Translations under genes and position numbers: made by a program
Shown: positions 36,699 through 50,959 of the stretch, one piece after another
Layout of the letters: each line of letters starts with the position of its first letter
Numbering within the stretch: the first letter of the stretch is position 1
DNA from: Lama guanicoe
Taxonomy: Eukaryota
Reading direction: 5' to 3'
DNA length: 64,000 nucleotides
Assembly: GCA_013239625.1 (NCBI GenBank)
Contig: MU054391.1
Coordinates: 8,031,095 to 8,095,094 of the forward strand
Notes under the pieces: model-generated
What the model saw: only the letters and a program-made list of their open reading frames with translations
Told to the model about the DNA's origin: nothing
Database searches by the model: none

Positions 36699-37859
36699 CT
36701 TAGAAAAGCTCTTGGACTTGGTAAGCCTTAAGTTCCTTTGTCCATCACCTTTCTTATTCCAATTTGTCTATTTGTTTACCTGCCATTTAACTTCTAGCAT
36801 CCGATAATAAACCCCCAGAACTTATGTTCACTTAAACTAGGGTAGACTGTGACCAGGGCTCTGAGTGGGTCTGTATAATCCAGAGATCCCCTGGCCACAC
36901 CCTCTTCCTCCTCCTGCTCTGTTTAAATGTGTCACTTGAAAACTACATCGCCATCACTTTCTCTCTGAGCCAAGTCTTACACACCAAAGACTCTGTTGGG
37001 TATTTTGCTTCATTCATCAGAAAAATTCAGTCCTTATTTCTGGATGAAAACTCTAATTCTTGCTAACATGCATCACATTTTCCCAAACTGGAGAATTTGC
37101 AAATTAATGCAATGTGGACATGGGAGAGGAAGTTCAATGTCTAAATCCTGTCTAACCCCCTTGCACGAGTCCCTAAGGGGGCTTCCAGACTTCGCATTTT
37201 GGCCCTTGATAACATACGGGCATTTGTTTCAAAATCATGTAGAAGCTATGAATGCGGAAACGCTGAGGCTAATGCCACAGGCTGCGTCAGCCACTCAGTG
37301 TTTCACCCAGGGGCTCGGCCCACAGACCCAAAGCACTTGCGACAAAACTTCCCCCCTCAAATGCCACGCATCCTATAGGAAAGGGTCGGCAAGTCTTTTC
37401 AAATAGAGTACTTTGTTTTCAAATAATACTTTTTTCAAGACTTCCCAGATTACCCGTTTTTGAAAAACACAGAGAGGCTGCCAAAATTTAAATCTTCAAA
37501 TTCTCCCATCCATCACAAAGAGCGTTTTACTGCACACCATGAAAACAACAATTGCATTTATTCATACTAATTACATGCGAGCAAATGGTTTCCCTGCATG
37601 TTAAGAACTTCATCTCCTCGTCATCATAACGATGTACAATGGTACATTGTTGCCTACAGAAATGGTTTCAAAATATCTGAAGTCAAGAATGTCTTTGAAA
37701 AACTCATCACAGTTTTGTTCCATTGTCCCCTCCCTCCACGAACTGCACATACGTAGACAAAATATACAACAATTTAAGTACCGTGTGGACACCCAACATC
37801 AGCACATGGACCCCAGGACAAGATGCTCTGGCTTTCAGGATAAAGGTTCACCAGCTTAG

Positions 37860-38330
37860 GCTCCTTCCATACTCTCATCCCACCCTTAGCTTCTGCTCTT
37901 GGCCCTTCTCACTCTGCTGTGCCCTCCACCTCCTTCATATCAGCAGTACCACACTCCATGGCAGGTTCTTAACACCCCTGGCACGTTCATGCTTCTGTGC
38001 CTTTGCACATTCTCATGTCCTTGACCTGGAGAAGTCATCCTCCTCCCACTATCCGTCTGATTCATCTGTTAGTCTTCAAAATGTTAGCTCGGCTTCCGTG
38101 TCCTCTGTGAAATCAGGTTTTCCAGGGACATCTTCCTGCTAACTTCTCTGTGCCCTGACAGCACTGTCCGTACTACTGACTATAGCACTCATGGCTCTCT
38201 GTTATATTAATTCAGCCTCTTCCTGGGCAGGGGCTGGGTTCTCCTAATACTTACATCTCTGACCTCTAACAGGAAGTCTGCTATGAAGAGAGGTGCTCAA
38301 TAAATGCAGAATGAATGGAGAAACGAATAA
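37860..38330 (+). mobile_element. L2 LINE 3' fragment
   Basis: ctgtgcctttgcacat...cctgggcaggggctggg...aggtgctcaataaatgcagaatgaatg. Confidence 0.8.
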
Positions 38331-39085
38331 ATTAATGCCCCCTTTATATTTTAGAAAGAGAGAAGACCAAGCTTAAATTTGAATAGTCGAGACAAATGAC
38401 AGCGCCCAGCCTCAAGAGCAAGGCGTCGGCATGCTTTGAACAGTGATGGCCAAGCTAACTGAATTTGCTTGTTTCAGGTCAAAGCGGAGGCTGGCTCAAG
38501 AGATGAGCAGGGAAACAAAGTGCCGATGCTTGATGAAAACACAGTGACCAAGAAAACTGTCCGGTGAGGAAGCGACAGCAATTTTAGTGGCTTTGAGCAG
38601 TATCACATGAGATAAAACCATGCCCCAGGCAGACTTGTTTAAAAAAAAAAAAACCAAAAACAAACCTAGTAAGCAGAAAGGCTGAGCTGAAGCCCCAGGA
38701 AAGGAGTGGGTTATTGCCCACGTGAGGGTGTAGAGGGTGGGTACCAGCACGTTTCTTCACAGACCCGCCTCGCTCCCTGAGAAGAGGCTGAGGACACGGG
38801 GAAGACACACGTGAGCAGGTCTCCGCAGCCTGGTGCCCCAACCCCCTTGAAGGCCTCCGACCCCTCAGGCCAGGTGCACACCGAGCTCTCCAGCCCAGCG
38901 CCCCCACCTCAGAGGCTGGCGACGAGGTCCAGCAAGCACCAGGCAGGAGACCAGGACTCAGGGTTCCAGGATGCTCCGCAACCTACTTGCCGCGGGGCGC
39001 CGGGTAGGTTCCTGCCACGCTCACCGCCCTGGCTTCTTCATGCCTCCCTCCCTGGGGTGCAAGAGGGAGACCCCAAGAAGCGCTG

Positions 39086-39104
39086 TGCACACCAGGGGGC
39101 GCTG
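39086..39104 (+). promoter_or_regulatory. CTCF core motif (forward)
   Basis: TGCACACCAGGGGGCGCTG vs consensus TGGCCACCAGGGGGCGCTA. Confidence 0.6.
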
Positions 39105-39109
39105 TGAGC

Positions 39110-39250
39110 ATTTACTGCCTTGTAGGCAGTTGGTTGAGTTCGTGTGTGTATCTTCCATGAAACTACGAGCTCTTTGAAGGCAGGAACCAATGCTTTCTTA
39201 TTTTTACTTTCTGAGAGCCTAGACTGTGATAGACAATTAATACTCACTGA
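39110..39250 (+). mobile_element. L2 3' terminal fragment
   Basis: actacgagctctttgaaggcaggaaccaatgct...gagcctagac. Confidence 0.6.
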
Positions 39251-41824
39251 TGAGAAAAGAAAGAGACATTTAGTGCAAGCTTAGTATAAAAATGCATTCT
39301 GCACTCTGATAGTTCCTGGAGAATAAACCATGAGAAAAATAAAGACTAAACCATGGTTTATTGGTCCCTGAGAAGACGGGGATGTTCCCATGCAGCCAAG
39401 ACACAGGCCCCTTGTAAGGCATCAGCACAATGCGAGGCAGTGTGTCAGTAAGTCCTCAGGATACAGAGCAGGAGATCCGTGTTACAGTGACGGGGCCCAG
39501 TGACGCTCTGCTCCTTGCTCACTCGTAGCTTCAGGTGCATTTTTCAGTAAATGAAGAATGACTTCCAATGACAAAGAGTGTTCTTCCATTTATCAGACAT
39601 GCTGTTCTCCCACTTCATCAGGAAAATTATATGAATGTGACTTTAACCCACTGGGTAGAAGTTCTTTGAATCCCAAACACAAATACAGAAGCACAGTTAT
39701 TAGTTTAGCTGAAACATCTGTTTCCAACTTCCTGAGAGGAAAAGGGGAGGTTGCCAGTGTATACATAGACATATTTGAAACAGGGCTTGTGCTGCACACA
39801 CGGATACAATATGCATTTGTAAAAATTTTCCAAGTGGCCTAATGTCCTATTCGGTCAGGAGAAAAGAGGTGATGGACCCATGCAATTTAGTAAAATGAGT
39901 AAGGACTGAAACCCACCCCCAGGAGCTCTAGTTTCTAAGACACAGCGCTGAGATCATCGTTCAATGGCCAGTGTAAACCAGATTCTGGCCACTTGATCTG
40001 ATGTTTGCTTGTGGGCAAAGCAGCTCTGCAGGACGCCATCTCTCGGGAAGGAAGAAAAGGTCCTAGGCGGGGTGGGGGGATGACTTTGGGTACAAAATTC
40101 CATAATTCTGAGTTCTGGCCCATTTTAATTTACAAATTGCTCTACGTTTTTGGAAAAGGCACCTCCTCATTCCATCATTCTGAGTCTAAATTCTTTCATC
40201 CGTAAAATGAAAAACACCGACAGGAAACAGGTCAAGGTTTCTCGATTCCAGATCCCCTGAAATAATAATACTCTTTACGTCAATAAACAAGCAGCCAGTA
40301 GGAGTGGGAATGCGAACTAAATTTCCTAAACAATAGCCTAACTGTCTGAATGGGTCAGTCACCTGGCACTCGGTAAATCCCCCAGACAGGGATGGGACCT
40401 GTCTCAGAAATTGCTGAAAACAGTCACTTTCCCTTCTAGGCACCTGCCTGACAACTGAGGCGCCCAAACCCCCATGAGCTGAGTACAGAGCAAGATCAGC
40501 TGAGAACCCAGCTCAGCCAGGTGTGACGCCATCTGAGAGATGTTCTGGATGGGAGTTACTGGTGCAATGACAAGGGAAATCTATTTTCTGACCCGGAGAT
40601 AATAAACCGAAACACAAAGCAAAGTTAGAGCACCCTAAGGATTCTTTATTGGAACCCAAACCTGGTCCTGTTATTCCGCTGAGCGACAGGACAGACCAGA
40701 AAGGGGCTTCGCCCTGCTAGGGCATAAAGAGCACTGACGGACTGAATGAATGAATGAACGGAGGGGCACATTACCTGACATCTCTGAGCTTCAGTCTTCT
40801 TGTCTCTGATAAAGGGAGAGTAACGACCCCCTTGCGCTTAGGTGTGAAATAAAACCAGCAAATGAAAGCTCTGGCACAGTCCCTATGTTGCACAGTAGAT
40901 TAAAAACCATTACCTTTACTATGCTACACAGTTGCCTTTGCAAAACAATTCCTTTTAATGAAACGGCTTCTGATATCCATCTGTTTTCTAGACCTTTCCA
41001 GCTGCCTTTTCCTGCTGTGCCTATTGCTAACATCAGGCACTGGTGCTGCCTGGTCTCGGCTGTCATATTTTAAAATTCAAAATTATACCCTTAGTGTGGA
41101 ATCCTGAGATCTATTTCTCTGTATTTATCTGAGCTCACTTATTTAGAGGCAGAAGGTTTTCCCTTGGTCCACTGCTACTGTTCAGGGAAGGAAACACTTC
41201 AGATGAGAAGACTGAGGTGAGAAAGCGGCACTAATGGTAAGCAAGCTTCGTGAATCTCTTCGAAGCGCTGGGGACCCACCGAACACCAGGAAAATGGGAC
41301 CCTCTGAGCCTCTCACTGCCTCTTTACTTAATTTTTTGCCAAGCATTCAAAGTACAACTTATTATCCAAGGAGGGGGCTCACATATTAACAATTCCCTAC
41401 AAATTTTGATGCGCTGTTGAAGGAAATGGGGCACAACATACACTGGAGGCTTCAGAGTATAGAAAAAAGAATGAATACGTGGAAGTTACAGGGAGAATAA
41501 TTTTGGACGAGTCTCACCTAGTTTCAGAGAGTTGTCTGACAAAGGTGGTTTTAGGTGATATTAAGTTCAATGTAATTGCTCATTAATTTAGCCAGGAAGC
41601 TGGCAAATTCAAAGAGTAGACAACAGTTGAAATAGATCTTCTAACTGGTTCTTGGAAACATAGGGTTTCTAACGTTCTTGGCGCTTATTAAAATGAATAT
41701 GCAATGTCAGAGAGTTACGAGAAGCCTTTGCTGGTTCTCACACTTTTTTGGGTGACATATATTTTCAGAGTCATCCGTCACCAGATCCCTTGGTGGTATG
41801 TTGTCCCTGAACTTCAAACCAGTA

Positions 41825-42109
41825 AAGTCAGTATCCGCCTCCCTCCAAAGTTTCAATCAACCGCAGATTCAAAATATTTGGGGAAAAAATCCAGAAAATT
41901 CAAAAAAAAAACCCCACTATTTACATAGTATTTACCTTGTGTTAGGTATTATACGTAATCTGGAGACAACGTAAAGTGTGTGGGAGGATGCACTTAGGTT
42001 ATATGCAGGTACAGGGCCATTTTAGAGAAGACACTGAGCATCCACAGATTTCGGTGTCTGCAGGGTTCCTGAAGCCAATCCCCTTAGGATACCAACGGGC
42101 GACTCTGTA
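41825..42109. mobile_element. Tigger3a-like TcMar-Tigger MITE
   Basis: tcaaccgcagattcaaaatatttggggaaaaaa...taggtattatacgtaatctggaga...ctgagcatccacagattt...ccaatccccttaggatacc..gggcgactctgta. Confidence 0.85.
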
Positions 42110-43150
42110 CCCAGTGCTCGCCAGGCACCTCCACAAAGGTGTCCCACTGGCACTTCAAGCAACATATTTTAAAATTAAAATGGGACTGATACCGAGACAG
42201 GGCGCCCACTGTTCCAGTTTCCTTCTAGCAGAGCTGAAGAAAGACTGCATTTCCCAGACTCTGTTACAACCACAGCTACAGAAGTGAGATGAGTAGAAGT
42301 GTTTGATTCAGCAAAGTGTGGCTAAGAGAGTCAGAGGAAAGGACGTGTGTGTGTGCATGTGTATGAAGACATCCTATGATACCTAGATGGCAGTCCACTT
42401 CTTGATTCCTTCTAGGAATTTTGCGAGAACCTTTACTAACTCTCAGTTTTGTTAACCTGATAGCATGGCTTCTGTTTTCTTCAACTGAAACTCAATACGA
42501 TGGTAAGATAGTATTTTATACTGCATCTAAACCTGCTTCTTTTCATGGATTCCTTGCCTTGCTGAATGGTATCGCCAGCTGTACACACCCAGCCGTCTAA
42601 TGGGGAAACTGATTTTTCAAAACTTCACTCCAACTCCATCTCCCCTATGAAAACATTTTCTGAATGCTCTGCAGAGCAGCTGTGACCGCCCCTTTTTTTT
42701 GTGCCAACTGTCCAGACTCATTCCATGGTTTTATAATTATACTTATATGCTCTCATTTCACTGTGAGGGAATAGGACTGACAGTTGATTGGTTGACTGGA
42801 TGCAACGGAAATTTTAAGCATAAAATGATGTTACTACCTGCCTAACAAGGGAGGTATGTCAGCATGGGAAGATCCTGCCTCACACGCTTTACTTTTATCA
42901 CCTCCCCATCACAGCCTTGCTTATACATCCGACTCCTGCCCTGGACAGAAACCAAGCCCCGCCAAGGCAAGGATGAGAAAGTCCCGCCTGTGTTCTGGGC
43001 ATCCAGCACCAGGGCTTCCAAAAAGTACGCATTTTTGAGTGAATAAATGAGAAGTCCTCCCAAGTACACATGAAGCCATCAGTCAGGGTGCTCTTAAGAG
43101 AAATTATAAGATTTGAATTAAGAAAACATCCTTTGTAACACAAGTGTATC

Positions 43151-43680
43151 TGTGGGGGGCAGACTGTGACGACACAGCCAGTGAGCCCGGCCTCCCGCGG
43201 CTCACGCTCTTCTGTAATCACCTCCCCTGGAGTATGGGCTGAACACAACGACTTGCCGTGAATGAAGAGAGGATGGCAAAGTGATGGGATGACGTACCAA
43301 GGTTAGGTCATAAAGGAGCGTGACTTCCCTCCCTGGGTCTTTACACAGGACGGCTCCGATGCAGAGGGCGACCTGGCCGGGAGCTGAGGGAGGTTTATGT
43401 CCAACCTCCAACACAGAACTGAGGCGCTCAGACTCACGGCCCTCAAGGAATTGAATCCTGTCAACAACCACCGAGTGAACTTGGAAGCAGATCCTGCCCT
43501 CCTTGAACTTGGATTGGAGATGACTGTGACCTTGATAGCAGCCTTGGGAGAGGCCCCAAAGCAGAGGACTCAGCGAAGCCACGCCCAGATCCCTGACCTG
43601 CAAAACCTACTAGAAAATATATGAGTCTTGTTTTAAGTCACTCAGTTTGGAGAAATTTGTTTAGGAAAGAATATTCACAT
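43151..43680 (+). mobile_element. MLT1F-like MaLR LTR
   Basis: aaggaattgaatcctgtcaacaaccacc gagtgaacttggaagcagatcct...gcagaggactcagcgaagccacgcccagat...tgttttaagtcactcagtttgg. Confidence 0.85.
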
Positions 43681-45204
43681 ATGTTGCATGTAATTAGGAG
43701 TTAATACAAAGAGCAAATAAAGAAGAATTATTACCATGCTAGATTTCGGCTTGGCTTTGACTTGCTAATCATGACATGTGGCTTCCGTGTTTATGGGAGC
43801 GTGGAATGGCAGCGTGGCAGAGTGCAAAGAATCGATTTTTTTAGAGTGAGTGAAAAAGAGCTTGGTGCAAACTTAAGCTCTGCCAGTAATGGTCTGTTTG
43901 AATTCTGACAAATTTCCAAATCAGTTTCATATGAATATTGGGTCTCCAACTGCTCTAAGGATAAACGAGAGGGCGAACATGACAATAAATCTAGAGTCAC
44001 ACAGCCATAAATAGACAACGCTTGAGGGAATATTGGTCTGATAGCAGCCTGAGATCACAGGACTCCTCGTTCCACTGCAAATTTTTGTGCACAGGGTGCA
44101 CACATTCTGTAAAATAAGAGTAACAGGTATGATCTGAAAAAAACTTCATAAATAAATATACGATAAAATTTTAAGTGGTGATTTGTTATTTGTGTCATCT
44201 TCTATGTGGCTGTTCTCTTTTATTTCTCTGACCCTTAACAAAGGAACAGCTTTTCCATCAGGGAGACCCCCCTCCTCAAAACCAGAGTGTTCCTAGGATA
44301 TTTAAAGTGGAAAGAACCAGTGCCCAAAACAGCAATTCACTTTTATAGGAAATGACATTTAGAGTATGAGGTTTGATCCTACAGAATGTAATTATCTCTT
44401 TGAACAGTGGCCAATAAAACTCAATTTCATTGTGATAATATTTTTATTTGCAGTCTATTTTAGGGTTGTCATTAATCCTGTGTTCAGACAGTAATAAGAT
44501 GCCCAGGGAAGTGAAGATTCAAATACGTGAGTACAGTTGCCTGAAAATTAGCAAGATAATGAAACTTTACAAAATAGCTATATCTTTGGAAATGAATTTT
44601 ATTTCTTAATGCCTCGATTTTTAAAAAAACTTGGTATTTATAAATGTATTCATTGACACACAAGATAAGTGTGATTTGCCCTTTCTTGGAGATAATACTC
44701 ACTAAAAATTTTTTTTTGATTTTTTCACCTCTTTGCATTCTTCTTCTCAACTGAAGGGGACACCTTGATGCTAGGTGAAACAATACTTGGGACAAACCAC
44801 GTCATTTCTGAATAGTGGGCTCGGATTTGAGCCACTTACTTCAACTGAGAATGCTGACTCGCCTGTAGTCACTGAAATCTCTTTCCCTTGTATGTGTTAC
44901 TATTTGGGACCCGGCAGCAGCTTGCTTTCTAACATTGTAGAACCCTGCATCTTTGGATTTTCTCCGTTGTGGTGGACATCCGTTTGAAAAGCAGTCCATT
45001 CTTGCCCGAACTCCTCTCTTTCTCGTGATGCTGTGCTAAATCAAATCAGTGCATCTGACATGCAGGTGTTCTTTTTCCAGCTGCTCCCTCTGGAGCCACG
45101 GAAATCAAGTGGGCTGAAGGCAACCGCGTACCAGACACTTTGCCACAGTAACACACAGCTCTTCACTCTTCCAGCCCAACCACTAAGCCAACACCAAGGT
45201 ACTG

Positions 45205-45630
45205 ATTTCCATAATAGTTGGTGGAGGGATGGCATACGCTTTTAAAACAAAATCCCCACTTCCTCAGTAGCTTAACATTACACGTGCTTATTTTTCAGTC
45301 ACATAAAGTCCAATATACTAGCCGGTGGTGCCTTTCTAACGATAATTCAAGGACCTACCTGAGTATCTATTCACTTTCTCCTCTCTACTCTAGAATAATG
45401 GAGTTCAATGTACCAGTGGACAAAGGAGGAAGAAACAAGGGGCCATTCGTAGGAAGCTATTACAAAGCAGGCCAAAAGGGGGCGCATGACACTTCCACCT
45501 ATGCTTTCACTGGCTGGAAATGGCCCATTTGGTTGGATGTAACTGTAACGAAGGCTGGAGAATGCTGTCCAGCAGTGGGTTCAGGGATAAGAGAGAATAT
45601 GCTTGTGAATGCCCAGGCAACCTCTACCAC
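45205..45630 (-). mobile_element. Old MLT1 (J/K/L-like) LTR
   Basis: tcagtagcttaacattac...catgacacttccacc...aaggctggagaatg...ctctaccac. Confidence 0.55.
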
Positions 45631-47329
45631 GTTTATAAAAAAAACAAATAGCTAAAATGTTTAGTCTATTAAAGGAAGAAATAGAACTTTGCAGTAAACC
45701 CATTAGTCTGACACAGCTCATTTCTCTCTCGTATGACTGTCTAAACTCTCCTCTTAGGATCTACTGAGCTGAATTAAGCCGGAGCCTGGGCTGAGCACAG
45801 TGGTGGGAAACTCATAGAAAGTCTAAAGAGAGTGGGACAAAGGGTGTTTTAATGCTGGTTTCAAGGACCAAAGAGAAATGGAAGCCACGTTGATCTTCTC
45901 AGGGCACTGCTCCTAAGTGGCTGGGAAGAGCTAGAAAAACCAATAGAAGAACTCAGAGATTCTTAAGGATGTTAAAGGTTGAAACACGAGCGCTAGGAAA
46001 CAGAGCAGGAAAGCACGTCTGAGGTGATGCCAGGACCAGAGGCCTTTGTGGTAGGACGGTCTAGTTTCTATCGGGGGTGGCCGATGGGCTGGCTGCGCAG
46101 AGCTCGGAGCCGATCAGCAGAGACCAACTGGGAAGTGACAGAGTTTCGTTTTCTTCTTTGTAAATGTGTCATAAATCCTCACAATCTAGCAGGCAGGGAA
46201 TGTTGGCAAGTACTAATACAGCCTTTGCTGTCACATTTTCCCTGGCTTTGCAGAGGTTAAAGGCATTATTACAGAGCCGCTTCCGAGCATGGAAAACAGA
46301 GGTAATCAAGTTGGCCCACGTCCCAGGGAAACGGTGAGGTCTGACCGAGCACGAGTGCCAACGGAAAGAAGCATTCTGAAATGCAAACCAAGGGGAAAGA
46401 AAATTCCAGATACTCTGCGACCAGGAACTGTCTTTAATCACAGGGTTTCCGCTCAACTCGGAAAGGTTGTCTCCTTGTCTCCCCCAAGTCAGATAGAAAA
46501 CAGGGCCTATTCCCTCACGCTGTGTCCTCACCCCAGGCTTGCCAGCCATCCAGGCAAGATTTAAGGAACCTGGGAGGAGCAGAGTCGCTCTCCGAACCGG
46601 GACTTCGGGACAGCAGAGGGTGGGGAGGGGCTGGGATGGGAATCCAGGACCCTGAACGGGAGTCCAGGCCAACCCGGGTTTGGCCAGCGGCCAGTCCCTC
46701 GACCTTGCCGAGCGCCAGCTGTTCCGTCTCTGAGACGTTCACAGGGCCCTCCTCAAGAGCAAGATTAGGGTCCCCCTCCCGTGGCGTCCTTGGGCACAGT
46801 GCAGGGGCGCAGTAAACAACTGTTGAAATCATACACAAGCAAACAAAGAAATGAGTCTCCAGACCCCAGATCTGCTGACGTTTGAGTCACAATCAGATCC
46901 ATCCTACAACTGTCAGTGAGCTCAGCATATGCACATTCCACTGGGAAGTATCTGATTAAACTTGGTCCTTAAAAAGGCAGATTCCATGGGGACGGGGGTG
47001 GAGGAGATACCTGTTGCATCAGCGGTGTCTTCCGAGCTAGGCTTTCCCTTCCCATAGAATTCCTTACACCAAACCAACACGCTCTGGCTGCATGGCAGGG
47101 CCCGGGCCAGGCACCCTGAGAAGACTCCCATGGTACAGGATTTGGGGCTTCCAGCTGGAGAGTAACAGCACCCTCTTGGCAGCTGACAAGCCCTTCTCTA
47201 TCTGACAAGCTTTCTGTCCTCTTTGGCGGGCTCTGCGGCTCTGAGACAGGTGCTCGATGAGGGAAGAAGCCTCATACGTCCCTTCTGCCCTCGTCATCAA
47301 TACAGCACCAGGTTCCCAACCATGTTGCC

Positions 47330-47890
47330 CTTGCGACCTACATAACTGACATCAAACATGAGCTTGAGTCTCCATAACCAGTGAGCTAGCTATGTACTCA
47401 CGAAGAAAAGTACATCACATTCCATAGTGAGGAGGTGTTTGTAATGACCGAGATACAATAGATGCTCTGTGTGTTTAGAGGCAGAGGGGCTTCAAAGCCT
47501 GGAGTTGACAGAAAATGCTTCCTGGATGCAGAGATACTTGACATGGGTCTTGAAAGATGCTTTGTATTGAGGAAGAGTGAGACTTGAAAACAATTCTGGA
47601 GTGGGGGCCTTGGGCAAGGAAAATAACATAAATTAACGTCTGACACATGCAGAATGTGCTTGGTGGCCAGCGGGCGATTATGCAAGAAGAGTTGAAGATG
47701 GAAAAAGGCAGGTCAAGTGGGATCAGAAGGTGGTGTTGCTTTTTTGTCAGTGATGGGAAGTCAGTGATTGATGGCTCTTAAGCAGAGAGATGACATGGTC
47801 AGACCTGTGTTTTAGAAAAAAATTATGCTGGTAGCAGTGTTTGGAAAATGATTACACAGGAAAAGAGTAGAAATGGGAAATGAATTTAGT
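47330..47890 (-). mobile_element. L2 LINE fragment
   Basis: atgggaagtcagtgattgatggctcttaagcagagagatgacatggtcagacctgtgttttagaaa. Confidence 0.75.
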
Positions 47891-49899
47891 TGGAGCGTGT
47901 TACCCACCTAAGCTCTGGAATGCATTCTTGGACCAAAACATCCTTGGGGTCAAAATGGTCAGGTCAAGGAACATGGTCAAAACATCCTGCTCCCGTTATA
48001 CAAGAGCTGCTTGGGAGTCCCGGTGGTGAGTCAGCCATTACTGGAAGGAGTCTCGGTGGTGATGTTTAGGAAAATTCTTTGCACAAGTTGTGTTTAGGGA
48101 GTGAAAAGGGCAAAATACTTGGAATAATGATGACTGTCTGTGAAGCTTTCCAAAAAAGTGACTGTTGGGTCTGAGGAAAAGTTCTTCTAAGTCCTGAATG
48201 AACTACTTGGACCAAATGATCATCCGTCAGCCCAACCTTGATGCTCTCCTGACACACGGACAGGCACCCTCTGTGGTGCCTGGGATACATGGGATGCTCC
48301 ATAACCCTTTGGTAGGTATGCGAACGCAGCTTGTTCCAGCCTCTCCCCTTCCTACTTCTCATACGTGGTTTTGGCTCCACGTATCTTGTGAATGAATAAA
48401 GTGGGTCAAGTGAAGGGTATATTGCCGCAATCTGTCAAAGAAAAGCAGGTCCCAATGCCAAGATCAGAGGAAAATTCTCCTGGGGAGGGAGCCAATGTCA
48501 CTGTCTCTGCTTGGAGAAATGTGGCCAATAATTATATCTGAACTGTGAAATAGAACGTTTTCCCTCCTCCAGCTGGCAGAGGCATTTGGACCACATCTGT
48601 TAAATATTTATCAGTAGCGGATACTGGTTTATCTCAGTTTTACATTCATGCACTGATCGTCAGGACTCTTATCTCATTAAGCTGGAAAACTGCTTGTGGA
48701 ACCTGGTTTCCCTTCTGGAGACTGATGTGAGGTGTAGATCGGAGGTAAAGCGAGCATGACCTCTGAGAGATAAAACTGTGCATATAGTGAGGAGATTTGC
48801 CCTCAGCTGCTATATAAACATCTTTTTTTCTTTAGGCAATTGGCGTCTGAATTGGATATTTGTAATCTTAGTGAACTCCCAGGATCCTGAGAAGGTGACT
48901 TAAATGTAAAACCTTTCCTGTAATAATTTATGCTTCACGATAGAAGGTTATGGTATTTATAACTCTTCAGAGTCATTACTTTTGATGAGAGATATTTGGT
49001 AGTGAGCCAAGCTCAGCAAGCTCAGCGTCATGCCTGAACTTCATGATTTTCTTTCTTCAAACATCACATATAACTGGTATGGCTCTAAACCTGATTATTT
49101 GAAACCAACACATTTAGCTAACTGGTTACTCTGCAAAAACTCCATCTACTTGATTTCTGGCAAGAACGTAACACGCAAAAGGAACAACAATATTTTCCCA
49201 ATCTGTCCATTGAAATGATTCAGCTCATTCACCGTCCTTTCTGCCAACCTTTTTCCCAACTGGAAGAATGTTCTACCATGGATACACTGAGACATGATGG
49301 CAAAGGAAATACCACTGTGTCATGAAGCAAAGGGCTGCTGATCTGTTAGATGCAGCCACGTACCCCTGCTGAGGACTACTGTTCCCCCTTCTGTAAACCT
49401 GGGACACTCACGTCTGCCCTGGGGACTCCACCAGGTTGTTAGGGGGAGAAAATCACAGTGGTAACCATGGTGTTGATCCTGGGAAGTATCATAACATTTG
49501 ATGGACACTTACTCCGTTATAAGACGGTGCTATAAACTCTGCAAACACTCGCCATTTAAAGCTCATAAGAAACCTATGAGGGAGTTTGCAAAAGAACAAA
49601 TTCCCATACGTGGGAAGTAGCGGCCAACTCCAGAAGTTCGACAACTCAGCAACTGCAACGTGAAAGTTTTTACAACTTCTACAAACACAGAACATCGTAA
49701 TTATACAACTTTAAACACAGACACTCTTCTATATCTATTTTATGTTAGATATCAGTTTCCTATCAGGGCAAATCCTCAATTACGTGTTGAGTGTCTATAT
49801 AATCCAGGTCCTTGGTAGAATGAAGAAAACAGTGCTTCCAGAGAGGAATGGGGCTCAGGGAGGTAGCAAGTTTGGGTTCCTTCTAAGCAAGGGTAACGC

Positions 49900-50110
49900 T
49901 GTGCTCAAAGAACTTGGGGAATACCAGTTTGATTTTGTTTGTGTGAGTACACGCAAGGGCGTACGGAGCCGGGTAAATTGTGGGACCTCTCGTCACTGTG
50001 TGCCCTAGACAACTCTGCTTCATCTGTATAATTGGCAGTAATGACGCTTTTTCTGCTGGATTGTTATGAAGATCAGCACTTAAGAAAGTGAATAACTGTG
50101 TAGAGCAAGG
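49900..50110 (+). mobile_element. MIR SINE
   Basis: ctctgcttcatctgtataattggcagtaatga...ggattgttatgaagat. Confidence 0.55.
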
Positions 50111-50959
50111 GTGAATACTTCCATCACACACACGTGAAAACTGACTGAGAGACATAGCTCAGGGTCACAGACTGAGCTGTGGGACTAGGATTCTATTGCA
50201 GACATCCCCAGATCAGGTCCCTGTCTCCCACTGGTGGGGTGCTGCCCGCTGTAGGAGTTTGATCCAATCAACCCCAAAGCTAGTCATTTCTCTGTCTTTC
50301 GACACCATTCATCTGCAATCCCACTTAGAACTTCCTTGACTTTAGAAGAGATAGTCCTTTACTCAGGAGGAACATGGCCAGATAATGTTGCAAACTGCAT
50401 TTTCCACTTGACTCCTTCTGTATGTTCTCTTCTTCAGTGATATAACTGAACTCCACATGAACCATCTCATCGCCATACTTTCGTTCTTCCGATTCTCTGG
50501 ACCTTGGCTTCCCTAACCCACATCCCATCCCCTTGTCCCCAGGTGACATCTCTGAGTATGATGGTCTTTCCTCTCTTCAGAACTCATCCAAAATACTCTT
50601 TTTCCTCCATTGTTCCCTCCTTGAGCTCAACAACCAGATTTAATCTCCCCATCCTTTGAATTGTAACAGAATTTGTCCCTGTCTGTTTTACGCACTCACC
50701 ACTTACTTCTTCGGTCTGCGACTTGAATTGGTTTAACTAACACGTTACTACTGTGTTGGACTACAAGCTCCCTCAGAGCAGGGGTCATTTTTTTCCAACT
50801 TTCTCTTGGCTGCTTCTGTGGACTATTCCCCACCTCCATCTCTGGAACTCTTAAAGCATCTTAATCACACGCTTTATTTTTATTTTTGTTTCAGATTTTG
50901 GTATCTGCTAGTATGTTCCTAAGATGATGAATGACCTTTTTCTTTCTTTTTTGAGTCTT

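Noticed and set aside
9146..48035. Scattered AP-1 (TGA[C/G]TCA) and octamer motifs
   Set aside because: Short motifs expected by chance at this frequency in 64 kb; no compelling cluster.
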